Assembly (NCBI GenBank): GCA_028534125.1
Contig: CM052826.1
Coordinates: 22,258,001 to 22,322,000 of the forward strand
Length of the DNA: 64,000 bases
Direction: 5' to 3'
Origin: Lama glama
Lineage: Eukaryota
The position numbers and the translations under genes are program-made. Of this stretch, positions 24,001 to 33,839 are shown in pieces; positions within the stretch are counted from its first letter, which is position 1, and each line of letters starts with the position of its first letter. The notes under the pieces are model-generated. The model was not told where the DNA came from. It worked only from the letters and a program-made list of their open reading frames with translations, and made no database searches.

Positions 24001-27000
24001 AGATGCACCTATCATAAATCAAAGGCAAAAGGTTATTTTGCTCACTGCTGTATCCCCGGCGCAAAGAGCAGTGCCTGGCACACAGTAGGCACTCAGCAGT
24101 TAAATGAAGAGACAGGGCAGGCATTCCTGGGTGCAGAGCGAGTAGAGGCAAGCGAAAAGAAGAGGTGGGAGGAGAAACGTGTGCGCTGAGTAAACAACTA
24201 TTCTCCGGTCTCCGCCTGCCTTCTGCGGGGACACAAGAAGGTGGGTCTAGAGCGCTTAGCACAGTGCCAGGTGCCTAGTAAGCACCATTATGAGAATATT
24301 AAGAACGTCAGCTAATATTTACCGGGCCTTTACCAGGTGCCAGGCAGGTGTGGAAACCGAGGCTCAGAAAACAAGAGGCCCGCACAGGCACAGAGGAAGT
24401 AGGACCACAGGGGTCACAGGTGCGGGGACTGGTGCTCACACACCGCACTCACTCTCATTTGCATCCTTGCTGAGTGGTGACACTGCGCTAGCCGCGGGTA
24501 CGTGGTAGCCAACAGCTGTGTCCCCACCAGCCCTCCGCAGAACGCCCTGTCACCGTGCGCTCCCTCACCTCCTCTTCGATGGTGGCTGCCATATCGGCGT
24601 CCCCCAGCCGACTCCGACAGGGGAAGGCTCTCAGCACCGTGAGCACTGCGCGGAGGCGGGAGAAGGCGTGGACATCGATCCCGGCCCCAAACACCCCCCT
24701 GCCCATGGGGCCCAAATACCCACTCTGACTGTTGATGTCCCAGCGGCCCCCCAGGTACCCCACGACCTGGCTGCGAGTCAGGTGGCTGTGGAAGTCCTGG
24801 GGAGGGGAGGGACATCGGAAGACCCACTCAGGCTTTGCCTGGCCCCAATGCCAACTGGGGGCCAGGGCCCTTGCATTGTGTGGGAGTCAGCCCACCCCCC
24901 TCCTCCTTTGTTCAAACATTGAGTGCTAATGTTTACTGGTAGTGAACAGAGCAGACAAGATCCCTGCCCTTGTGGAGCTGACCTTCCAGGGACACCCTCC
25001 CTGAGGACCCCACCGCCCTGCCCAGGCCTGGGAGCCCCGGCTCAGAAGGGACAAGGTGGGAGCTGGGAACGCACCAGCAGGAACAGCACGTTGCTGGAGA
25101 TAGCCACGTTGAATGGCTGGAACTTGTTGATAGCTGCGAAGGATGTTACTTCCACAAGGGTGTGAGGGTTCCTACAGGAGCCAGGAGGGTCCCACAGCCT
25201 CAGGAACACCCAGGCCCTTCCCTCATTCCCAGACTGGCTCCCCAGCCCCACAAGGCCAGCTATGAGGTCTGAGGTCTTATCTCCACCGTACCCCTGCTCT
25301 TGTGCCCCCCACACACACACCCGCAAGAGCTCACAAGATGGGGATGGGGTCAGGGGGTGGGCATGGGGTGCATCTGACCTGGCAGAGTCCCGACTTCCCA
25401 GCATGCAGTAGCGCACTGGCACACGTATCTTGTTTTCCACCCGTTTCCCTGGGAGCGTGGCCTCTGCGGGATCGGGAGGAGGGTGGGGGACACAGGTAAG
25501 AAAAAAGACAGTGTCAGTGTCTCCCTAGCCAGGAACTGGAAAACGAAGACCAGGCAGCCCAAGAAAGACAAAACTCCAGGGGCAGCCTTAAAAATCAGGC
25601 AGCTGGACTGGGAAATCAGGAGGCAAGTTAACAAACTGGGCAGAAGAGATTTAAAGATCAAATGAAAGACTCAGGAAATGAGGTGATGATCAGGCAGCAG
25701 TCGGAGAAATCAGGCAACAGAGCAAAGAAACCTACAGGGGAGCAAGGAAATCAGGAAGCATGATGAAGAAATTGGGCCCCAGATAAAGAAATTGGGCAGT
25801 GGGACCAAGAAATATAGCATTCAAGCTTAAGAAGTAAGGCAGAATGTGAAATTAGGGCTGCAGGGCCAGGTGTCAGCCAGGTGTCTTGAGGGCTGTAAGG
25901 AAAAGAAAAGCCAGATTTGCCCCCCAGCCCCCTAAGTTCTGTCCCCCTCGCGCCCTGCGTCCTCCGTTTCCCACACATCTCACCCAGGTGGACAGGCTCA
26001 GAGAGGCCCTTTGCCTGTGGTCTCCGACTCTTGTCCTCTGCTGAGACTCCTGTCAGAACCTCCTCCTCCTCTTCCTCCAGCAGCTCCTCCTCCTCCCCTT
26101 CGCTGGCCGGGCTCTGGCGGGGTTGGAGTTTGGGGGACAGTGACCAGACTTTCAGCTGGATGCTCCCGATCGTCCCCTCACGTTCCACCGGAACCTTTGC
26201 TTTGCCTGAGCCTTAGGTCCCTGCCGTTGCCCGAGGTGCCCACCAGAGGGAGCGAGTGAGCAGAGGCGGTCTAGGCTCTGAGGCAGTCTCGCAGGTTGGA
26301 ATCCTGCCTCTGCTATACAAACTGACTTCCGGCTCTAGTCTCATCTGTAACAGGGCACAATGACCTCCAGCCCCACAGGGGTGGCCTAAGGGGTGGCCGA
26401 ATGAGATAGTGTGCAAAGCATTTAATAAATGCCGTTGCTTCATTCATCCAGCAAGCAAGAGCTTTGCGTGGATTACTTTACCAGATTCTCTCAGTAACAT
26501 CTCCTCTTGCTCTCTCCTAAACTGCCCTTGCTGGGATGACCTCTCAGTGTCCAAACCCAACGGCTACATCTCAGTCTCTGTCCCCCACCTCCTCTCGGCA
26601 GCATCTGACCCGACTAGTCCCCCTCCTCCTGGGAACTCCTCAGGGACCCCTGCACTCACCTGGCTTTCCTCCCCACTCTCCTTCATTGGCCCAGGGCTGG
26701 GTCCTGGGGCCTCTTTCCTCCCCAACCCACACCCCTCCAAGGTGGCCTTGTCTCTTGGGGTTCAAACGCCATCTACCCCCAAGACAACTACCCACAGTCC
26801 TGACTGCACCCTTGGGCCTCCCCTGAGCTCCTGACTTGGGGTCCAGCTACCCCTTGACATCTCCAGGCAGGGGTCTCACGGGGGTCTCACACTCAACATG
26901 GCTACCCTGCACCCGACCATCCCCTCAAACCTGCTTTATCCGAATCCCTACATCTCTGATGTGGGCAAACCCATCTACCCAATTGCTCAGAACAAAACAT

Positions 27001-29941
27001 CTAATGCCAACTTCATACCCATCAGCAAGTCCGGTCAGATCCACTTTCAGAATTAACCAGAAGCTACCCACTTCCTCCCCACTCAGTGGCTGATCTGGTT
27101 GACTCCATCATCACCCACCTGGACCGGTGCAGTCACCTGCACCCTGATTCCCTGGCACCTGCTCTCGCCACCCCTCTAAAGTCTGTCCTCCCTATAACAG
27201 CCACCAGAAGCCGCTTGTGAGCACCTGAGTCCAGTCCTGTTCCTCCTCTGCCCACAGTCCTCTAGGGCTCCCACTTCCCTCAGGGTAGAAGCCTAAGTCC
27301 TTCCCAAGGCCCCCAAGGCCCTGCCCAATCTGCCCCGTCCCCTCCCTGTCCTCACTTCCTACCACTCTTCCCCTTGCTCACTCTGTTCCAGCCACACTGG
27401 CCTCCTCACTATGCCTTCAGTATGTCAGACACATGCCAGCCTCAGGGCCTTTACATGTGCTGTTTTCCAGAAATCCTCATGGCTCCCTTTCTCTCCTCCT
27501 TCAATACTCCGATCAAATGTCACCTTCTCAGTGAGGCCTTCCTTGACCACCTTATTCCTTTCACCACTCCCATCCCCTGCCCCTGCTCCCTTCTTCCAAC
27601 AGACTATAAGAGGGTTTTATTTATTTTGTTTGTCTCACTCTTCATGAAAGCAGGGATTTTTTCTCATTTTGCTCACTGCTTTATCATTATCACCTAAAAG
27701 AGGGCCTAGCACCCTACTGGCATTGACTAAATACTTGCTGAATTAATAGCCCTATGGCATGGTGCGAAAGTTGGTTTTATAAGTCGACTTGGCTAGGCTC
27801 TAGTACCCAGTTATTTAATCAAACACTAGTCCAGGTGTTGCTGTGAAGGCATTGGGTAGATGTGGTTCACATTACAATGAGTTGACTTTCAATAAAGTTT
27901 ATCCTTGATAATGTCGGTGAGCCTCATCCAATCAGTTGAAAGGCCTTATGAGCAAAAACTGAGGTTTCCTGGAAAATAAGGAATTCTGCCTTTTAAAGAC
28001 TGCAGCATTAACTCCTGCCTAAGTTTCCAGCCTGCTGCCTAAGTTTCCAGCCTGCCAGTGGTCCTACAGATATCAGGCTTAGGAGCCAGATATAGATCAA
28101 CAGATGGATGGACAGAGAGAGAGAGGGAGCAGGGGAGGGAGAGAGAGGGAGAGGGGGAGGGGGGAGAGGAGGGCAGAGGGGATGGGGGAGGGAGAGATCT
28201 CTGATACACATGGGTACCATTATAATCTCTGTTTTACATATGACTAAGACTAGGAACCCAGAGAGGTTCCTTGGCCAAGTTCACCCAGCTGGTGAACATT
28301 TAAGGAATATCTGTTTCTACCATGGCATTCAAGACCCTCCCAGATCTGATCCCTGCCAACGTCTCCAGCCCCCTCAGCTGTCAAGGCATCTGAACCTCCA
28401 GCTGCATCAGCTAATAATGGTTCCCTAAGCGGCATGTGTTGCTTCAGGCCTACATGGCTTTGCATATGCCATTCCCTCCTCTGGAAAGCTCTTCCCTTCA
28501 TCTTTCTCTGACAAACTCCAGTTCATCCCTCAAGTCCCCAGCTCCAACAACCTCTCTCTGGGCACTCCTTGTCCAACAGTGAGTCAGGGAGGGCTTGCTG
28601 ATGGGGGCTGAAGGACGCACCTCATCGGCGGCAGCTGCAGGCACATGGAGCTGGTTTCGCCGGAGCCAGGCCGCCTTGTACTTGTCCAGTTTCTGGCCCT
28701 TGTACTTGACAGAGGCCCAGCCACAGCCAGACTTCTTGGCTGGGTTCACCAGCTTCTTGCAATGGGTGGCCCAGGCACTGGGTGAGTTGAACACCTGGCC
28801 CGTTTCCTGCCACACGATCCTCCCATCTGGCTGCAGGTCTCCCAAGAACTTTTTCCCCTGCAGTGACAGTGGGTTGGATGAGCCCAGGATCTGGTACCCA
28901 GCAAGACCCCTCCTCCAGGAAGCCCTCCTTGACCCCACGGTGCTCCCTGGGGCTTGGCACCCACTTCCCACTACAGCACCCCTTCCAGGAAGCCTTCCAG
29001 CCTCCCAGTGCCTGTATGTCCGTGATCACAGTCCTGATCAGCCCAGATTGAAATTGTCCAGTTATGGGTATGTCCCTCCTCCCTTCACTGGACTGTGAAC
29101 CCCAAAGGTCTGTCTTGATATCTGCTGTGTCCCTAACAGCCACCATAGCCTGGCACACAGCAGGTGCTCAATTTATAAATTGCTCCCACTCACAAAGAGC
29201 ATGAACAGTAATAGTAATAATACCAAACACCTGTGAAGCACTTACTGTGCAGCAGGCATGCTGCTGAGCACTTACTCAATGAATCCTCATACAACCCAGT
29301 AGGGGAAAAGAAAATCTCATTTTGCAGATGGGGAACCTAGTACAGAGGGAGAACGAAGTCACACAGCCAGGAAGGCAGCAGTGTCCTCTGTGAGCCTCAG
29401 TTTCTCCTTTGTGGAATGGGGTGTTTGATGAACAATGTTCTCCCGCCCAGAAGGGCTCGTGCTAGATCTGGATGGTCCGTGCCTCAGTTTCCCCTCCCCA
29501 CACCGTTGCTCCGCCTGCGGCAATGGAACACCCTGGACTCCAGTTTCCCCTTTTCTGGGCTGGGGGGCGCTCACCAGATAGTAGATTGACAGCACCCCGG
29601 CGCCGGGCTCCAGCAGCGCGTCTTTAAGGAGCACCCGCAGCGTGACCGCGCGCCTGGTGAGCGCGCCCCCAGGCCCGCTGCAACAAGCCGCCCCGGCCCC
29701 GCCGCCGCCACTTCCACCGCCGCCGCGCGCGCCGCCCGCTGCCCCTGGCCGCTCGGGGTCCTCGGCCTCCGCTTCGTCCTCGTCCTCATCGGGCGCCTCC
29801 TCGCCTGCGCCCCCAGCTGGGGACAGCGGCTCTGGAGCTGCGGGCAGCGACAGGCTGCAGCGGGGCCGAGAGGCCTCAGCGGATCCAGCCACCCCGCCCC
29901 GAGCCACGCCGGCCCCCTGCCAGGCTCGCCTTACCTGCCAT
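21013..29941 (-). CDS. MPND: MPN domain-containing protein (RAMA + JAMM/MPN), 13 coding exons, 492 aa
   Basis: complement join(29935-29941,29575-29837,28621-28857,25984-26113,25379-25463,25075-25171,24724-24796,24569-24645,23605-23773,23449-23519,22725-22814,21920-22012,21013-21099) = 1479 nt, open. [12 protein letters not shown]...; JAMM motif [17 protein letters not shown]; ends VLKQGS*. Confidence 0.97.
21920..22012 (-). CDS. MPND: MPND exon 12
   Basis: [31 protein letters not shown]. Confidence 0.95.
22725..22814 (-). CDS. MPND: MPND exon 11 (symmetric, 90 nt)
   Basis: [30 protein letters not shown]. Confidence 0.92.
23070..23160 (-). mobile_element. Internally deleted tRNA-derived SINE
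   Basis: Reverse complement reads ...gagtatagctccgtggttgagttcaatcccc...accaaccaacccaattaccc. Confidence 0.55.
23449..23519 (-). CDS. MPND: MPND exon 10
   Basis: [23 protein letters not shown]. Confidence 0.95.
23605..23773 (-). CDS. MPND: MPND exon 9 (JAMM zinc ligands)
   Basis: [56 protein letters not shown]. Confidence 0.96.
24569..24645 (-). CDS. MPND: MPND exon 8
   Basis: [25 protein letters not shown]. Confidence 0.95.
24724..24796 (-). CDS. MPND: MPND exon 7
   Basis: [24 protein letters not shown]. Confidence 0.95.
25075..25171 (-). CDS. MPND: MPND exon 6
   Basis: [32 protein letters not shown]. Confidence 0.95.
25379..25463 (-). CDS. MPND: MPND exon 5
   Basis: [27 protein letters not shown]. 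Confidence 0.93.
25984..26113 (-). CDS. MPND: MPND exon 4 (acidic linker)
   Basis: [32 protein letters not shown]... Confidence 0.93.
26480..27750. mobile_element. LINE-2 remnants
   Basis: L2-like text 'caaatgtcaccttctcagtgaggccttccttgaccacc' and 'aaatacttgctgaatt'; approximate. Confidence 0.6.
27759..28090 (+). mobile_element. MLT2-type (ERVL) LTR fragment
   Basis: 'gtcgacttggctaggct...cctcatccaatcagttgaaaggcctta...aggaattctgcc'; contains a 20-bp tandem duplication at 28015-28054. Confidence 0.7.
28621..28857 (-). CDS. MPND: MPND exon 3 (RAMA domain)
   Basis: [61 protein letters not shown]... Confidence 0.96.
29575..29837 (-). CDS. MPND: MPND exon 2
   Basis: [30 protein letters not shown]...[24 protein letters not shown]. 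Confidence 0.95.
29935..29941 (-). CDS. MPND: MPND exon 1 coding part (ATG GCA G)
   Basis: gcggccATGGCAG|gtaagg in a CpG island, strong Kozak context. Confidence 0.9.
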
Positions 29942-31096
29942 GGCCGCTCCGCCCCGCGCCCGGAGCCCCGTGCGCCTCCGGCTCTTTCTTCCCGGCACGT
30001 GACGAAACTCCGCCCCGAACGGGGAGCGCCCCAGCCATTGGTCACCGCCGGTGGGCGGGTTGGGGCTCGGCCCGCTGGAGCAAACGGGAAAACCGAGGCA
30101 CTTGGCCTGCGCGCACGGGAGAGGGAGTTGAGCCCTCAGCCCTCCAGGACCATTAGGAAAACTGAGGCCCGAGGCCACCTAAAATGGGAGGGGGGTGGTA
30201 ACCCAGCGCTCATGGTGCTATTGGGGAAACTGAGGCCGGAGACTTCCACTTTCAGAGAACTAATGACTCCACCCAAGGACATAGCCTACTCGATTGTGGA
30301 CTGGGGGGCCCAGTCCACTACGACAAGCGGGGAAATTGAGTTCCGCGACCAGCCCTTTTGAGAGACTCACAGGCTTCGGCTGCTGGGACCAGGGGAGAAA
30401 CTGACGCCCGGGAGAATTAACCACAATAGGGCTGCAGGACAGAATGGGGAAGCAACCTCGCGCCGCGAATATAAAGCACCGAAGCCAGGTGGCAGTCTCT
30501 AAAGGGTTAGCTCCACCCTCGGGGCGCCCCTAGGCTGATTCCTTGATTGGACCAGAGCGGAGCCCGCCAACCAATTAGAGAAGGGCCTTTTCATCTTCAG
30601 CCAATAGACAGTAGAGGCTGGATTGCTTCCAGCCAATCAGTGTTAAACTACTACTTCCTCCGACCAGTCCACCGCGGTCCCCCAACCCCGCGGCGCGGAG
30701 CTCGTGGGCGGAGCCCGGATGGAAGTGTGCCAGAGGGCTGAAGCCCTTTCTTTTGTCTCTGGTCACTGTTCCGGGACCTTTACCTCAATACACAGGGTTA
30801 CCTCCCAGCACTGGAATTCCCAGTCCCGGGCAGGGTTGAAAACCTGGGGTGGGGATTCCAAGCTGCAGGGCAGCTTTGACTGGGCTCAGCTGCAGATAGG
30901 TGTATCCGGAGGACAGTCTGGAAGAGGGGACAGGACATTGGGGGTGGGGGCAGGGCCGGGGTGTCCAGCCAGGGTGATCTGGAATCAGACTGGACCTAGC
31001 TCCAAATCCTGCTCCACCACTTACCAGCTCTGTGACTTAGGCCAAGTGTCTCCACCTCTCTGTCTGCCCGTGGGAATAACAGTTCCAGCTTCAAGT

Positions 31097-31655
31097 TGTT
31101 AAAGAACAGGGCTTGACAAATAGTAGGAGCTGAGGAATGTGAATGATTGTTATTACTTACGATGAAATGAAGTTTGTATTTTAAGGCACGACAAGGAAAA
31201 ATAAACAAAATTCTGTTTGTTTGGGCCTCCTTCCTCCCTAACGGACAGCGTACAACTGCATTTCATTACACATTAACCAGAGATCCTCAAAGATGTGAAT
31301 GCCTGCTTGACAGTCAAGATCTATTTTTTTCTTTCTTCTAATGCTGGCAACCTAAAAGAATGGCGTTCTTTCCCCACTCTGTAGGGGGCATGATGACTTG
31401 CTGCCCCCTTTGTACTTGCTTACCTGGACAATGCGTCTTTGGTGAATTTTACGTGAAATATCAGTATGTCACTTTGATGTACACAGGATCCTTTGTCTTG
31501 CAAATGCATGGACTATGCCTTCAACTTCTAACAGGCAGAACAGTTCTTAGCGCTTTCTGAGAATATGCTTCCTGGGTTATAATCCCTAATTTGGCTCAAA
31601 TAAAATTCCCTTTCTTTTCTTCTTAATTTAATAGTCAATTGAATTTTTGTCGACA
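31097..31655 (+). mobile_element. ERV-type solo LTR between MPND and STAP2
   Basis: TG...CA ends (tgttaaag...gtcgaca); AATAAA about 55 nt from the 3' end; AT-rich island; TSD not clean. Confidence 0.6.
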
Positions 31656-31912
31656 CACTTCTTGTCCAGTCCAAGTCTCCTTTTGGAGTCACCCCACCGC
31701 ACCCCTACCTGAGGTCTAGCCACCAACTGGGTATCCCCCAGCCACTCAGACTCAGCAGAACCCAAATGGCCGCTTATACCCCTGCCTATTTTCTCTTCAA
31801 AAACCCTGGGCTGGACCTCCAGCCTCTCTCATTTGGACCCTGGCCATCTTCTAGGCCTCCATATTCACCCCCAACCCCACCCTTCTCCCATCTTGATTGA
31901 CTACAACTATGC

Positions 31913-32053
31913 GGGGGGAGGGTATATCTCAGTAGTAGAGTGCATGACTAACATGCACAAGGTTCTGGGTTCAATTCCCAGTACCTCCATCAAAAAAGTA
32001 AGTAAACCTAATTACCTCCCCCTGAAAATAAATAAATAAATAATAAAATAAAA
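31913..32053 (+). mobile_element. tRNA-derived SINE (camelid Vic-1-like)
   Basis: ggggagggtatatctcagtagtagag (A box)...gggttcaattccc (B box), A-rich tail, TSD taca(a/g)ctatg. Confidence 0.85.
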
Positions 32054-32351
32054 TACAGCTATGACCATCTCCCTCCCCTGCTCTAAATCCTTCTGTGTGT
32101 CCCCATTGCCTTTGATAAATAAAATTAAAACTAGTTGCCGTAACTTTATTAACTATTAACCATTTATGGCACCCCTATATGGCAGGTCTTGTAATCAAGA
32201 ACACTAGGCAGTTCAGCAGATGAAGAGGTTGCCCAGGGTCACACAGTTCTTGGGTGGATTCCAAAGGCTATTCTTTGCTATGTGTATAAAGTCCAGGAGC
32301 CTTATAACTATTCAATAAATTGAATCTGTAATTTCAAAAATCACAAAAAAG

Positions 32352-32480
32352 TGGTAGGTGGGTATAGCTCAAGTGGTAGAGCAAATGCTTAACATGCACA
32401 AGATCCTGGGTTCCATTCCCAGTACCTCCTCTTAAAAATAAATAAATAAATAAATAAACCTAATTAGATCCCAACCCCAA
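32352..32480 (+). mobile_element. tRNA-derived SINE (Vic-1-like)
   Basis: gggtatagctcaagtggtagagc...ctgggttccattcccagtacctcc; TSD aaaaatca(c/t)aaaaaag. Confidence 0.85.
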
Positions 32481-32496
32481 AAAAATCATAAAAAAG

Positions 32497-33320
32497 AAAT
32501 CTCCACGCCTAGATAGAGAATTCTACAAAGGTTCAAAGAATTAACACTACTTTCACATAATCTCTTCCAGAAAACTGAAGAGGAGGGAACACTTCCTGAT
32601 TTATTTTATAAAGCCAGCACTAGCCTGATACTAAATCAAATAAGGAGAGTACAAAGTAAAATACAGAACATCCTTCATTAATTCAGACACAAAAGTCCTT
32701 AACAAGATATTAGGAAATAGAATTCGGCAATATATAAAAAGAATTGCACATCATGACCAAGTGGAGTTTATTCCAGGGATGCAAGTCTGGTTCAGTGTAC
32801 CAGATTCAATCAGTGTTATCCACCATATTTAACAGGCTGTGGCAGGTAAAATAATGGTTCCCTACAGATGTCCACATCCAAATCCCCAGGACCTGTGACT
32901 ATTTAAGTTACATGACAAAAGGGATTTAAAGTTGCAGATGGAATTACAGTTGCTAATCAGCTGATTTTAAAATAAAGAGATTGATTACCCTAGATTATCT
33001 GGGTGGGTCCAATGTAATCAATCACAAGGGCCCTTTAAAAAGGTCGAAGGAAGAGAGAGTATAGCTCAGTGGTAGAGCATGTGCTTGGCATGCAGGAGGT
33101 CATGGGTTCAATCCTCAGTACCTCCATTAAAATAAATAATTAGAAACCTAATTACCTACCCACCCCTGAAGAGAGAAAGAAAGGCCAGGTCTGTGGATTG
33201 GAAGACTCAACACTGTACATCAAGATGTCAAGTCTCCTCCAACTTATGATAAACAGGTTTAGTGCTGTTCCTATCAAAATTGCTGCAAGATTTTTTGGTA
33301 GATACAAGCAAGATAGTTCT
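32497..33320 (+). mobile_element. Old L1 ORF2 fragments interrupted by an MLT1 piece (about 32838-33040) and a SINE
   Basis: 'catcatgaccaagtggagtttattccagggatgcaagtctggttca' and 'tggattggaagactcaaca'; no intact ORF. Confidence 0.7.
33049..33170 (+). mobile_element. tRNA-derived SINE (Vic-1-like)
   Basis: gtatagctcagtggtagagcatgtgcttggcatgcaggaggtcatgggttcaatcc...aaacctaattacct. Confidence 0.85.
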
Positions 33321-33737
33321 AACATCCAGGCCACCTAAGGGGCCGCCTGGAACTTGTGTCACTCTCTGGTCACATCCCCTCACTACTCTGGCACCAGAGT
33401 CCTTCCTTTCTCCCTTTCAGGCCTTTGCTTAAGCAGGTCCCCCTCTGGTGCCCTGGCTGCCCCTCACCCCACTCCCGCCCGGCACTGAAAGACTCTCCTC
33501 CATTCCCTTACGCCAGCCAGCCTTTCCTGACCTCCTGCAGGGACCTAAGAGGCCGGGATTTCCCTGGGATCCATGGGCAGGTCCTGCCCCAGCCCAGCCC
33601 CCGCCCAGTGCTGTCAGGGGAGGGAGCTCGGGAGCTGACAGAGGAGAGGAAATTCCCCTGGAACCTGTTTCTCAGCTTCCTGGCTCAGCTGGTGCACCCA
33701 CTGGAGGGAGAGGCCGGGCCAAAGACCCAGGCCTGCC

Positions 33738-33839
33738 ATGGCCTTGGCCCTGAGCCCACCCCGGCTCCCCAAGCCCAAGAGCATCCAGCCCTCACACTAC
33801 TACGAGAGCTTTCTGGAAAAGAAGGGACCCCGAGACCGG
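33738..33839 (+). CDS. STAP2: STAP2 exon 1
   Basis: gccATGG; MALALSPPRLPKPKSIQPSHYYESFLEKKGPRDR|gtaag. Confidence 0.95.

Larger units (their letters stand above)
29550..30750. promoter_or_regulatory. CpG-island promoter of MPND, possibly bidirectional
   Basis: High CpG density; E-box CACGTG 29996-30001; ATTGG at 30546 and CCAAT at 30571, 30601, 30633; GC box and GGAAGTG near 30705-30727. Confidence 0.8.

Noticed and set aside
29642-30361. 239-aa plus-strand ORF
   Set aside because: Antisense to MPND exons 1-2 in a CpG island, where stops are rare; Pro/Ala/Ser low complexity.
31913-33170. tRNA-like sequences with A and B boxes
   Set aside because: They have A-rich tails and, in most copies, TSDs, and recur across the window, so they are SINEs and not tRNA genes.
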